A DNA stretch of 64,000 bases from Candidatus Sulfomarinibacteraceae bacterium (GCA_963796455.1 CAWCLO010000001.1:1184001-1248000), one strand, 5' to 3'; shown: positions 40,967 to 50,073, counted from the stretch's first letter. The notes: generated from the letters alone by a model not told the origin. Made by a program: numbers and translations.

Positions 40967-42153
40967 CGATATTGGCGCAGGATCCTTCTTGCCAGGGACA
41001 GCTTGTGAACTTCATCGGCGCCGTCGTAGATGCGGGCGGCGCGTTCATGACGGTAGAAAAAGGCGAGCATTGTGTCATCGGTCATCCCGAGACCGCCGTG
41101 GATCTGGAGGGCGGTGTCGATGACTTTTTGCATCGTGTTCGCGGTCACGAACTTGATCATCGAGATATCTTCACGGGCTTCCTTCCAACCCAGCTTTTCG
41201 ATCTTCCACGCCGTGTGGAGGACCATCAAACGGGCCGCCTGAATATCGGCCGCGCATTCAGCGATCCAGGTCTGGATCACGTCCTTGTCGGCCAGGGTTC
41301 GATCGGGTGCAATGGTGCGGCTCGCGGCGCGTGAACACATGAGATCGAAGGCCCGGTTGCAGATCCCGATCCAACGCATGCAATGATGAATCCGGCCCGG
41401 TCCGAGCCGTTCCTGGGCAATGACAAAGCCGTTTCCCTCGGGCCCAAGAAGGTTGCTCTGCGGCACGCGGCACGAGTGATAGAGAATCTCGGCGTGGCTC
41501 GCCCAGTCATCGCCTGCATGGCCCATGACATTGATGTTGCGGACGAGGTCGAATCCGGTCGTATCGGTAGGAACGATGATCATCGAAGCTCTCCGGTGGA
41601 CCGGCGCCTCGGGATCGGTGATCGCCATGACCACGGCAAAAGCGGCGCCATCAGCCGAAGTGGTGTACCACTTCTGACCGTTGATCACGTAGTCGCCGCC
41701 CTCCTTGACCGCGGTGGTCTCCATCATGACCGGGTTCGAGCCCGGCATCTCGACCTCGGTCATCGAAAAACAGCTCCGGACCGTCCCCTCCACCAACGGC
41801 CCGAGCCAACGCTCTTTCTGTTCTTCGGATCCATGAAGGTGGAGAATCTCGATGTTGCCGGCATCCGGAGCGTGGCAATTGAAGACGAAGTGGCCGGTCG
41901 GCGTGCGCCCGAGGACCTCGGAGATCAACCCGAGCTCGACCAGACCAAGCCCCATACCGCCATATTCCTGCGGGTGGCCCGGCGCCCAAAGTCCCATCTG
42001 CCGAACCTGGTTCCGCTTTTTCTCGATCTCCGGCAGGAGTTCGCTGAATGGTTTGCGGAGAAAGGCCTCCTCCATCGGTACCAGTTCTCTATCCACAAAT
42101 TCGCGGATCATGTCGAGCATGGTCTCGGTCGTCTCAGTGAGTGTGAAGTCCAC
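40963..42153 (-). CDS. Acyl-CoA dehydrogenase (ACAD10/11-like)
   Basis: FNCHAPDAGNIE, CFSMTE, AQERLGPGRIHHCMR, QIHGGLG, RIYDGADEVH. Confidence 0.9.
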   Translation of the reverse strand: MDFTLTETTETMLDMIREFVDRELVPMEEAFLRKPFSELLPEIEKKRNQVRQMGLWAPGHPQEYGGMGLGLVELGLISEVLGRTPTGHFVFNCHAPDAGNIEILHLHGSEEQKERWLGPLVEGTVRSCFSMTEVEMPGSNPVMMETTAVKEGGDYVINGQKWYTTSADGAAFAVVMAITDPEAPVHRRASMIIVPTDTTGFDLVRNINVMGHAGDDWASHAEILYHSCRVPQSNLLGPEGNGFVIAQERLGPGRIHHCMRWIGICNRAFDLMCSRAASRTIAPDRTLADKDVIQTWIAECAADIQAARLMVLHTAWKIEKLGWKEAREDISMIKFVTANTMQKVIDTALQIHGGLGMTDDTMLAFFYRHERAARIYDGADEVHKLSLARRILRQYR

Positions 42154-42201
42154 AAGCCATCCCTTCACCCGATCCGGATGCTTCATGCTAGCATCCGGCC
42201 C

Positions 42202-42945
42202 ATGCGAGCGAGACATCGACAGGAATTGACGGTCCGATCCTACGAGACCGACCCCGTTGGGCGCCTCCAGGTGCCGATTCTGTGCAAACTCCTGCAGGAG
42301 GTGGCGGTCGCCCACGCCGCCATTCTCGGGGTCGCGGTGGAAACCCTGTTCGAGCGCGGCACGGCCTGGGTGCTGTCCCGACTCCATCTCAGCATGCGAC
42401 GGTGGCCAGGGGCGGACGAGGAGATCCTCATCGAAACCTGGCCGGAGGCGATGAACCGGCTTTTTGTCGAGAGGCGCTTCAGCGTCATGGCGCAGGATGG
42501 GTCCCCGATCGGATCCGTCTCGACCCTCTGGTTCGTGCTCGATCTCAACAGACGACGGCCGGTCCGCCTGCCGGCAAACATCGGTGACAAAATCGACGGC
42601 TATGACATCGGCCCCGATCCGATGCGCCCACCGGAGCTCTTGCCACCGGACTCGGTCGATCGCGAGCTCGCCTTCACCGTCCGTCGCTCGGATCTGGACA
42701 TGGCGGCCCACGTCAACAACACGAGCTATGTGGAATGGGCCATCGAGGCGGTTCCTGACTTGGTGTGGAGCGACTGCGACCTCACCCGTCTCGAAATCCA
42801 GTTCCTGAGGGAGTGCCACCACGGCCACACGGTACTGTCGCGCAGCCAGACTGTCGATGGCGAGGTCCGCCACCAGTTGGTGCGGCATGAGGACGGGATC
42901 GAGGTGGCAAGGGCGCGCACGGTTTGGCAGGAACGGGATCAATAG
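42202..42945 (+). CDS. Acyl-ACP thioesterase (double hotdog fold)
   Basis: VRSYETD, WVLSRL, VRRSDLDMAAHVNNTSY. Confidence 0.85.
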   Translation: MRARHRQELTVRSYETDPVGRLQVPILCKLLQEVAVAHAAILGVAVETLFERGTAWVLSRLHLSMRRWPGADEEILIETWPEAMNRLFVERRFSVMAQDGSPIGSVSTLWFVLDLNRRRPVRLPANIGDKIDGYDIGPDPMRPPELLPPDSVDRELAFTVRRSDLDMAAHVNNTSYVEWAIEAVPDLVWSDCDLTRLEIQFLRECHHGHTVLSRSQTVDGEVRHQLVRHEDGIEVARARTVWQERDQ

Positions 42946-42953
42946 GCGGAGAG

Positions 42954-43009
42954 GCTCGATACCAGATACTAGATGCTAGATGCTGGATGCTGGATGCTGG
43001 ATCCCGATC
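42954..43009 (+). repeat. GATGCTG heptamer array with graded variants
   Basis: gctcgat accagat actagat gctagat gctggat gctggat gctggat. Confidence 0.85.
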
Positions 43010-43083
43010 CTGTTGCCGTTATCGAAGGGGAAAGGGAGAACCACCCGACACTGATTTCGCAATTTGGGGAGTGTCGCTTCCCG

Positions 43084-43202
43084 ATGTCATCCTGAGCGGA
43101 GCCCTGCAGGGCGTAGTCGAAGGATCTATGGCGCACACGGGAGAGACCCACGACCGCAGATCCTTCGACTTCGCGCCGAATGCGCTTCGCTCAGGATGAC
43201 AT
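43084..43202. repeat. REP/MITE-like palindromic element, copy 2
   Basis: Same terminal and inner IRs as 6621-6741. Confidence 0.9.
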
Positions 43203-43217
43203 CTTGAACGACAGTTC

Positions 43218-43472
43218 CGATCCCGTTCCCGAAAGGGAGAAAGGGAGAAAGGGAGAAAGGGAGAAAGGGAGAAAGGGAAAACCGTACCGGAAGCGATCCA
43301 CGTGATAAGGGGCGGGTCTCCTCTGCTCCTCTGCTCCTCTGCTCCTCTGCTCCTCTGCTCCTCTGCTCCTCTGCTCCTCTGCTCCTCTGCTCCTCTGCTC
43401 CTCTGCTCCTCTGCTCCTCTGCTCCTCTGCCCCTCTGCTCCTCTGCCCCTCTGCCCTCTCTGCCCCTCTGCC
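43218..43472 (+). repeat. About 5 AAAGGGAGA units, spacer, TGATAAGGG anchor, then about 19 CCTCTGCY units
   Basis: Seen directly; 13 perfect 8-mers at 43320-43423, then CCTCTGCC variants. Confidence 0.95.
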
Positions 43473-43492
43473 AGGTCGAGGGGCGGTCGTTC

Positions 43493-44545
43493 CTAAATCA
43501 AACTCTCGGCTGTGCCGGCAAGCACCGCCACCCAATGATTGAGATTCTGGAATCGTGGATCCTTCGTCTGGCCGTGGTACGCGCGGTAGTAAATCTGCTG
43601 CACAATAACTGCAAGACGGAAGAGGCCGAAGCAATAATAGAATCCGAAATCGCCGATCTCGAGCCCGCTCGAAGCAGCATAAAGCGCCACCACTTCGGCC
43701 CGCGTCGGCGCACCTTCGGCGGTGGTCGGCATCATCCGCATGGCCTGCATCAGGGGTGGATCAGCGGCCTCCACCCAATAGGCCAGGGAGGCCCCGAGAT
43801 CCATCAACGGATCGCCAAGGGTGGCCATCTCCCAATCGAGCACACCGATGATCCGCGTCGGATCACCGGCATCGAGCACCACGTTGTCGAGCCGGAAATC
43901 GTTGTGGACGATACAGCCCGAACCGACTTCGGGTGGTCGGTGCTCCTGCAACCACGCCATGATCGCTTCGCAATCGGGCACATCGGGGGTGCGGGCATTC
44001 CGGTACCTTTTCGACCACCCGTCAACCTGACGTTCCACATAACCCTCGGCCTTGCCGAAATTTGCGAGCCCGACCGCCTTCGGATCAATGGCATGGAGCT
44101 CCGCTTGGGTGCCAACAACCTGTCTGAAGACGGCACCGATGTCGTCCGGCGACATCTCGAGACCGGGCGGAAAATCACGCCGGACAATAACGCCCTCGAT
44201 CCGCTCCATGACGTAGAAGGGGCTGCCGATGATCGTCTCGTCATCGCTGTAAAGCAGAGGTTTTGGGCAGTATGGATAACTGTCACGGAGCGCGGCCAGA
44301 ACGTCGTGTTCGCGCTGCATATCGTGGCCGCTCTTGGGTTTGCTGCCAAAGGGCGGACGCCGCAGTACGAGGTCGACTTCGCCTATCCGGAGCAGATAGG
44401 TGAGATTCGAGAACCCCGATGGAAACTGGGTCACCTCGACAATGCCCTCCAGGCCGAGTTGATCCTGAAGGTATGGCGCGAGCCGCTCGAGATCGAGCTC
44501 TTCGCCCCGGCGAACGGCGGTCGGTCGATCAATCGTATTGGTCAT
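43493..44545 (-). CDS. APH-family phosphotransferase (acyl-CoA dehydrogenase associated type)
   Basis: QFPSGFSNLTY, LRRPP, HDMQRE, HNDFRLDN, LDWEMATLGDP. Confidence 0.88.
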   Translation of the reverse strand: MTNTIDRPTAVRRGEELDLERLAPYLQDQLGLEGIVEVTQFPSGFSNLTYLLRIGEVDLVLRRPPFGSKPKSGHDMQREHDVLAALRDSYPYCPKPLLYSDDETIIGSPFYVMERIEGVIVRRDFPPGLEMSPDDIGAVFRQVVGTQAELHAIDPKAVGLANFGKAEGYVERQVDGWSKRYRNARTPDVPDCEAIMAWLQEHRPPEVGSGCIVHNDFRLDNVVLDAGDPTRIIGVLDWEMATLGDPLMDLGASLAYWVEAADPPLMQAMRMMPTTAEGAPTRAEVVALYAASSGLEIGDFGFYYCFGLFRLAVIVQQIYYRAYHGQTKDPRFQNLNHWVAVLAGTAESLI

Positions 44546-44573
44546 GTCGACAGTGTCGCCGATTCCCGGTTCA

Positions 44574-44749
44574 GGAGAAAGGGGAAAGGGGAAAGGGGGA
44601 AAGGGGGAAAGGGAGCACGTTACAGGAAGCGCGGCTTCTGATAAGGGCCGGGTCTCCTCTGCTCCTTTTTTTCTGCTCCTCTGCTCCTCTGCTCCTCTGC
44701 TCCTCTGCTCCTCTGCTCCTCTGCTCCTCTGCTCCTCTGCTCCTCTGCC
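44574..44749 (+). repeat. AAAGGGGGA-type units, spacer, TGATAAGGG anchor, then about 11 CCTCTGCT units
   Basis: Same module order and orientation as 43218-43472. Confidence 0.93.
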
Positions 44750-44765
44750 TGTTTTCGAGAGGGGA

Positions 44766-46520
44766 TTATGCGACCAGCAACTCCTCGCCCGCCTTCACCA
44801 ACCGCGCATAGGGACCATCGACCGCGAGGAGTTCGTTGTGGCTTCCCTGCTCGACGATACGGCCGCGATCGAGCACCACGATACGATCGGCCCGTTCGAC
44901 GGTCGACAGCCGGTGGGCGATGACCAGCACCGTCTTCCGTTCGAAGATCCTCGCCAGCGCATCCTGGATCAGCTGCTCGGTAAGGGAGTCAATCGAGGCG
45001 GTGGCTTCGTCGAGCACCACCACCGAGAGCTCGTGGGCCATGGCGCGGGCGAAGGTCAGCAGTTGGCCCTCTCCGACCGAAAGATCGGCGCCGCGTTCGC
45101 GTAGGACATGATCCCACCCAACCCTTTCCACCACGCGGTCTGCATGGACCAGGACCGCCGCCGCCTCGGTGCTCGCCGCCTCGATCTCTGGATTGCCGAG
45201 GTCGATATTGAAGCGCACGGTCTCGGAAAAGAGCTGCGGATCCTGGCGGACTCCTGCGATGTGGCGTCGGACATCCCGCGGCCGCAGTTCTCGGAGTTCT
45301 TCGCCATCGAGGGTGATGCTGCCGCGATATCCGGTGTAGGAGGTATCGAGGATCCGCGACAGGGTGGTCTTACCCGATCCGGTGGCGCCGACCAAGGCAA
45401 CCACCTCGCCGGGGCTGATGTCGAGATCGATCGCATGCAGGACGTCCTCAGCGTCCTCGCGATAGCTGAAGCTGACATCCCGCATGACGATTTTGCCGAC
45501 AACCTCCGCTTTCGCGATGCCTTCATCGGAAACCGTCTGCGTGACATCGAGCAGATCGAGAATCTTCTCGACCGCAGCCGCGCCCCGTTGAAGCACCGCA
45601 ACCCGCGAGGACAACTCGCGCAGCGGCCGGAAAAGCCGGTCGAGGTATTCGATGAAGGCCACCAACAACCCGGCGCTGAGCGGTTCCGTCAAAGGCACCG
45701 GGAACCCCATCCTGGAGGCGAGGCCCGAGCCGTACCACAACATGACTGCGACGCAGATCGAGGCGGCACCATCGACCATGGCATACATGAAAGCGTCGTA
45801 GAGGTTGGATCGGGTGGTGGCGCGGCGATAACGATTGTTGAGCGGATCGAAGAGTGCTTCGCTTTCGTTTTCGTTGCTGAAGAGCTGCACCACCTCGACC
45901 CCATCGACCCGCTCGGCAACGAATGCGTTGACTGCCGCCAGGGCCTCACGCACCTCCAGATACAACACCCGCAAACGACGCCGAATAAATTCAAGGATCG
46001 CGAGCATCGGCGGTGCGGCCAACAACAACACGATGGTCAGTCCGGCATCGAGCCAAAACATGGCCGCCAGCGTGCCGGCGATCATCAACAGATCGAGGAT
46101 GATGTTGATCAGCCCCGATGAAAAGGCCTCACCCAGCGCATCCACATCCGAGGTCGCACGGGTCATCAACTTGCCCGCCGGTTGCCCGTCGAGATAGCTC
46201 TGCCTCAAACCCAAGATTTTTTGGTAAATTGCGGACCGGAGTCTCACGATACTGCGCTGTCCTCCCCACGCGAGTGCGAGGACGTAACCTGCTTCCAGAA
46301 TATAGGCGAAAAAGACGGCTCCGAGATAAAAGAGGGCCACCGTCATCAGACCCTCGCCCACTCCCGGAACCACGTGGTCATCGATCACTGTTTTGAGCAG
46401 CCACGGCTGAACAAGACTCAGGGCCGCCGTCGCCGGCGTCAGCAGAAGCGCGAGGGCAAAGGTCCAGGCATCGGGCCTCAGATAGGGCCACAACCGACGA
46501 AACATCGAGGTCTGCTTCAT
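44766..46520 (-). CDS. ABC exporter, fused permease/ATPase
   Basis: TMD plus GATGSGKT, degenerate signature LSVGEGQ, VLDEAT, IAHRLST. Confidence 0.92.
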   Translation of the reverse strand: MKQTSMFRRLWPYLRPDAWTFALALLLTPATAALSLVQPWLLKTVIDDHVVPGVGEGLMTVALFYLGAVFFAYILEAGYVLALAWGGQRSIVRLRSAIYQKILGLRQSYLDGQPAGKLMTRATSDVDALGEAFSSGLINIILDLLMIAGTLAAMFWLDAGLTIVLLLAAPPMLAILEFIRRRLRVLYLEVREALAAVNAFVAERVDGVEVVQLFSNENESEALFDPLNNRYRRATTRSNLYDAFMYAMVDGAASICVAVMLWYGSGLASRMGFPVPLTEPLSAGLLVAFIEYLDRLFRPLRELSSRVAVLQRGAAAVEKILDLLDVTQTVSDEGIAKAEVVGKIVMRDVSFSYREDAEDVLHAIDLDISPGEVVALVGATGSGKTTLSRILDTSYTGYRGSITLDGEELRELRPRDVRRHIAGVRQDPQLFSETVRFNIDLGNPEIEAASTEAAAVLVHADRVVERVGWDHVLRERGADLSVGEGQLLTFARAMAHELSVVVLDEATASIDSLTEQLIQDALARIFERKTVLVIAHRLSTVERADRIVVLDRGRIVEQGSHNELLAVDGPYARLVKAGEELLVA

Positions 46521-48346
46521 GAGGCAGCCTCTTCCTGTTCGGCGGCACGCTGGCTCTGGACCAACCAACTGTCGCGGTAAATACCCGGCCGCAAAACCAA
46601 TTCGTTGTGACGACCGGTGTCCACCAGCTTGCCGCCATCAAGCACCAGGACCGTGTCGCAATGACGCAGGGCCGACAGGCGATGGCTGGCGATCAAAACC
46701 GTCGGCGCCTCCGGCCGGCCAGCAAGTTCGGAGATTGCCTCGACGAGCTGAGTTTCGGTGTGGTGGTCCACCGCCGACAGAACATCGTCGAGGATCAGCA
46801 GATCACCGCTGCGATAGAGCCCGCGAGCGAGCGCAACTCGTTGCCGCTGACCACCCGAAAGCATGATCCCCCGTTCGCCAACTACGGTCTCCATCCCCGA
46901 AGGGAGTGCTTCGAGATCACTTTCGAGCGCCGCCATCGAGACCGCACGGCGAACCGTTTGCGGGTCGGCACCGGCCGCGAGGGCGACGTTGTTCTCAATG
47001 GTGTCGGAAAAGAGAAACGGACGTTGCGGCACCATGGCCACGCGCTCTCTCCAACTTGTCAGGTCAAGGGTGGTGATATCGGTTCCGTCGATGATCACCG
47101 TGCCAGCCGGAGGGTTGTAGAGCCTTGCCAACAAGCGCAGCAACGTGCTCTTGCCACTGCCGGTACGGCCGAAAAGACCAACCACCGAGCCTCCATCGAT
47201 CACCGCCGTGAGCCCCTTGAGCACCATCCGATCCGGCTCGTCGGGGTAGGCGAAATGGAGGTTCTCGAGTTCAATCGTGGGCCCGCGACCAGCCTCTGAG
47301 ACGATCGGATCCTGGCCTTCCGGTCGTTCGACCGGAGCATCGACGAGTTCAAAAATCCTCTCAAGGGCGGCACGACCCCGTTGCACGACCGACATCATCC
47401 AGCCCATTGATCGTAAGGGCGGCAGAAAAACTGTGAGCAGGGCGCTGAAGGCCGCCAGCTCGCCGACGGTCAGAGCGCCTCGCAATACCATCGGCCCGCC
47501 AAAGGCGATCAAGGCAAACATGGCGACGCCACCCGACAGAACGAGCAACGGCAGTGCTGTGGATCGAATCAGAGCCAGCCGCATGCCCGTCTTCAACCAG
47601 TCGAGGTTGCGTTCTTCGAATCGCTCGATCATGGCTTCCTCGGCCACAAAGCCCTGGATTGCCGCCATTCCCTGGAGACTGCCGAGCACGTGTTCGGAGA
47701 TCTCCCCGAGCTGTTCCTGGCTGCGCCGCGCGAGATGAAACAGGCGGCGAATGCCGAATTGGACCAGCCCGGCTCCAATCACCACCGGCAGCAGAACCAT
47801 CAAAGTCAACTGTGGCGACAGCGACACCATCTTCCACCCGGTGAGCGCAATGGCCAGGGTGACGTTGATGACCTGAAGACCGGCAAACCCCACCAGAGTC
47901 CGAACCCAGGTGATGTCGTTCGATGCCCGGCTGACGATATCGCCCCTTTTGTGAGTGGCGTAAAAACCCGGTTGTAGTTGCATGAGATGGGCGAAGAGAT
48001 CCTTGCGAAGGTGGTATTCGACGTGTCTGCCCGGGTTGAATATCAGGATCCGCGACAGGCTCCGCACCACGATCACCGCCACACCCATGATGGCGATCAC
48101 GGCAACAAAATGCCCCAGCGGTTGGCCGGCGCGCAGGGCGTCGATGGCGTGGCCGATCTGCACCGGGATACTGACGGCGATGTAGTTGGTCACCCAAAGA
48201 AAAACGGCACCGGCGGCATAGCTCCAGCGATAGCGCCATGCGTAGACCTTGAGCAGCCGGAGGATCGGGTTCCCCACGACCCTGTTCCTGTTATTTGATT
48301 CTTCGTGCAAACCCACGCTCCGTTTAACCGACGGATATCCTCTCAT
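46517..48346 (-). CDS. ABC exporter, fused permease/ATPase (heterodimer partner); start may be 48277
   Basis: GRTGSGKS, LSGGQRQR, degenerate Walker B ILDD; ATGA overlap with the next gene. Confidence 0.9.
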   Translation of the reverse strand: MRGYPSVKRSVGLHEESNNRNRVVGNPILRLLKVYAWRYRWSYAAGAVFLWVTNYIAVSIPVQIGHAIDALRAGQPLGHFVAVIAIMGVAVIVVRSLSRILIFNPGRHVEYHLRKDLFAHLMQLQPGFYATHKRGDIVSRASNDITWVRTLVGFAGLQVINVTLAIALTGWKMVSLSPQLTLMVLLPVVIGAGLVQFGIRRLFHLARRSQEQLGEISEHVLGSLQGMAAIQGFVAEEAMIERFEERNLDWLKTGMRLALIRSTALPLLVLSGGVAMFALIAFGGPMVLRGALTVGELAAFSALLTVFLPPLRSMGWMMSVVQRGRAALERIFELVDAPVERPEGQDPIVSEAGRGPTIELENLHFAYPDEPDRMVLKGLTAVIDGGSVVGLFGRTGSGKSTLLRLLARLYNPPAGTVIIDGTDITTLDLTSWRERVAMVPQRPFLFSDTIENNVALAAGADPQTVRRAVSMAALESDLEALPSGMETVVGERGIMLSGGQRQRVALARGLYRSGDLLILDDVLSAVDHHTETQLVEAISELAGRPEAPTVLIASHRLSALRHCDTVLVLDGGKLVDTGRHNELVLRPGIYRDSWLVQSQRAAEQEEAAS

Positions 48347-48367
48347 GTTTCGGTTCCGCCTGCCCTA

Positions 48368-49252
48368 CTGGATGCTGGATGCTGGATGCTGGATCAACTT
48401 TGTCCAAGACAGAGTCTCGGACAGCGACCGGGGACAGGGACGGGGAACGGCGTACAGCGTCAGGGAACAGGAGTCAGCTATCAGCGGCAGCGGCAGAGTC
48501 CAGCGGCAGCGACAGCGAACAGCGTTCAGCTCTTCGGATTCAATAGCCGCCAGGTCATGGCACGGACCTGATCGAAGGCCTTCATCGCTTCACTGGCTCC
48601 ATTCGGGCTGATCGCCCCGGCGTGGGCGAGGAGCTTCAGGTGGCTGTCGGCCTCTTTGGCCGAGGCGTAGGCGATTCGCCAGTGGTTCAATCGGTCTCTT
48701 CCGAAACGGCCGTGCCCTTCTGCCAGGTTCGCAGGGACCGAACTTGCCGACCGGATTACCTGATCGGCAATAGACTTCAGCGGAGCGGGAACCCTCATCA
48801 CGAGCTTGATCGCGATTCCTGCTGCTTCGAGGGCTTTTGAGTGGGCAACGAGGTTGGCGTTCGTGGCGGCTGAAGACATGGTCACCTCCGGGTCGTTCAT
48901 GCCCATATCCACAAGCCGGTGTGGTGGCCGATGTCAAGGATGCCCTGCACCCTGCCTGTCCTTGACATCGGCCGCCCACCGGCTACCCCTTGCTCTGAAC
49001 GACCCGGAGGTGGCCACAGCACCGACTGGACTCCTGATCGCTGCCGCTGAACACTGATCGCTGTTCCCTGTCGCTGTCCCTGTTCGCTGTTGCCTGTCGC
49101 TGCCGCTGCACGCTGTCGCTGCCGCTGTAATTCGGACGCGGACACGGGCAACAGCGAACCGGATATGCCAAAAACCAACCCGAAAACCACGTGCTGTCAG
49201 GCGGGAAACTTAAGGTGGCGACCTTTTTTGGACAGCAGTGATGCTGGATGCT
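48368..49252. mobile_element. Complete four-helix-bundle element (copy A): GATGCTG ends, TGTCCAA.A.AG subterminal IRs, CAGCG-rich inverted arms, single ORF
   Basis: Defined by homology to three gene-less copies in this window; mobility is inferred, not shown. Confidence 0.75.
48526..48879 (-). CDS. Four-helix bundle protein (23S rRNA IVS protein / Avd-like family), 117 aa
   Basis: IADQVIRSASSVPANLAEGHGR and IAYASAKE match the family motif DQ..R...S...N.AEG..R; GGAGGTG SD before ATG 48879. Confidence 0.9.
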   Translation of the reverse strand: MSSAATNANLVAHSKALEAAGIAIKLVMRVPAPLKSIADQVIRSASSVPANLAEGHGRFGRDRLNHWRIAYASAKEADSHLKLLAHAGAISPNGASEAMKAFDQVRAMTWRLLNPKS

Positions 49253-49350
49253 AAATGCGGCAAGATCATCGATTGTCCCCAACCGATGTCAAGAGCATTT
49301 TTGGGAATCTTGATGATCTGCCGATGGCAGCGGTTGAGGAAAGCGGCTGA

Positions 49351-49403
49351 ATCCAGCATCCAGCATCCAGCATCCAGCATCCAGTATCGAGTATCGAGCA
49401 TCC
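49351..49403 (-). repeat. GATGCTG heptamer array, inverted
   Basis: atccagc x4, atccagt, atcgagt, atcgagc; faces the + strand units at 49240-49252. Confidence 0.9.
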
Positions 49404-49473
49404 ACGATCAGATCCCTGGGTGGACCACTTCAACGGACCGCGATAGGCTTCGCGAAACGGCTGGGGGTCCACG

Positions 49474-50007
49474 ATGTCCGAAACAATGCCGGAAGTACTG
49501 ATCAGCGAAGAGGAGATCCACGAAAAGGTCGAGGAACTCGCGCGGCGGATCTCGGTCGACTATCGCGATGTTGACGACCTCATTCTGATCGGCGTCCTCA
49601 AGGGCTCCTTTATCTTCCTCGCCGATCTCGCGCGTCATCTGACGGTCCCGCGAAGCGTCGACTTCATGGCGCTCTCGACCTACGGCGACGCCACCGATAC
49701 CGACGGCGCTGTCCGGATGATCATGGATCTTCGCCGCAATATCGCCGGCAAACACGTATTGGTCGTCGAGGACATCGTTGATACCGGCTACACTCTCGCC
49801 TATCTGATCCGGACCCTGGCTGCACGGCAGCCGGCATCCCTCAAGACCTGCGTATTGGTGCACAAACCGGACCGTCGCGAGGTCTACGCCCAAATCGACT
49901 ACCTCGGGTTCGAAATCCCTGATGTCTGGGTCGTCGGTTGCGGCCTCGACTGGGCCGAGAAGTTCAGGACGCTGCCGTATATCGGGGTTGTGAAACCGGA
50001 CGAGTGA
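49474..50007 (+). CDS. hpt: Hypoxanthine phosphoribosyltransferase
   Basis: GVLKGSFIFLADL, VLVVEDIVDTGYTL, VVGCGLD..FRTLPYIG. Confidence 0.95.
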   Translation: MSETMPEVLISEEEIHEKVEELARRISVDYRDVDDLILIGVLKGSFIFLADLARHLTVPRSVDFMALSTYGDATDTDGAVRMIMDLRRNIAGKHVLVVEDIVDTGYTLAYLIRTLAARQPASLKTCVLVHKPDRREVYAQIDYLGFEIPDVWVVGCGLDWAEKFRTLPYIGVVKPDE

Positions 50008-50044
50008 TTTCCTCGCCCTCGTCCGACCAGATCAGCCCAGAGCC

Positions 50045-50073
50045 AAAAAAAAGCAAGCCCGCGAACGGGCTTG
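50045..50073 (-). terminator. Rho-independent terminator on the minus strand
   Basis: CAAGCCCG-TTCG-CGGGCTTG-C-T8 on the minus strand. Confidence 0.8.

Noticed and set aside
40963..42945. Apparent long overlap of the 659-aa and 520-aa ORFs
   Set aside because: The true starts are 42153 (-) and 42202 (+); the extensions are antisense read-through.
48526..48879. Diversity-generating retroelement
   Set aside because: The gene is Avd-like, but there is no reverse transcriptase and no TR/VR pair differing at adenines in the window.
48368..49252. rRNA intervening sequence or classical IS
   Set aside because: The flanks are ABC-transporter and hpt genes, not rRNA, and no DDE, HUH or recombinase ORF is present.
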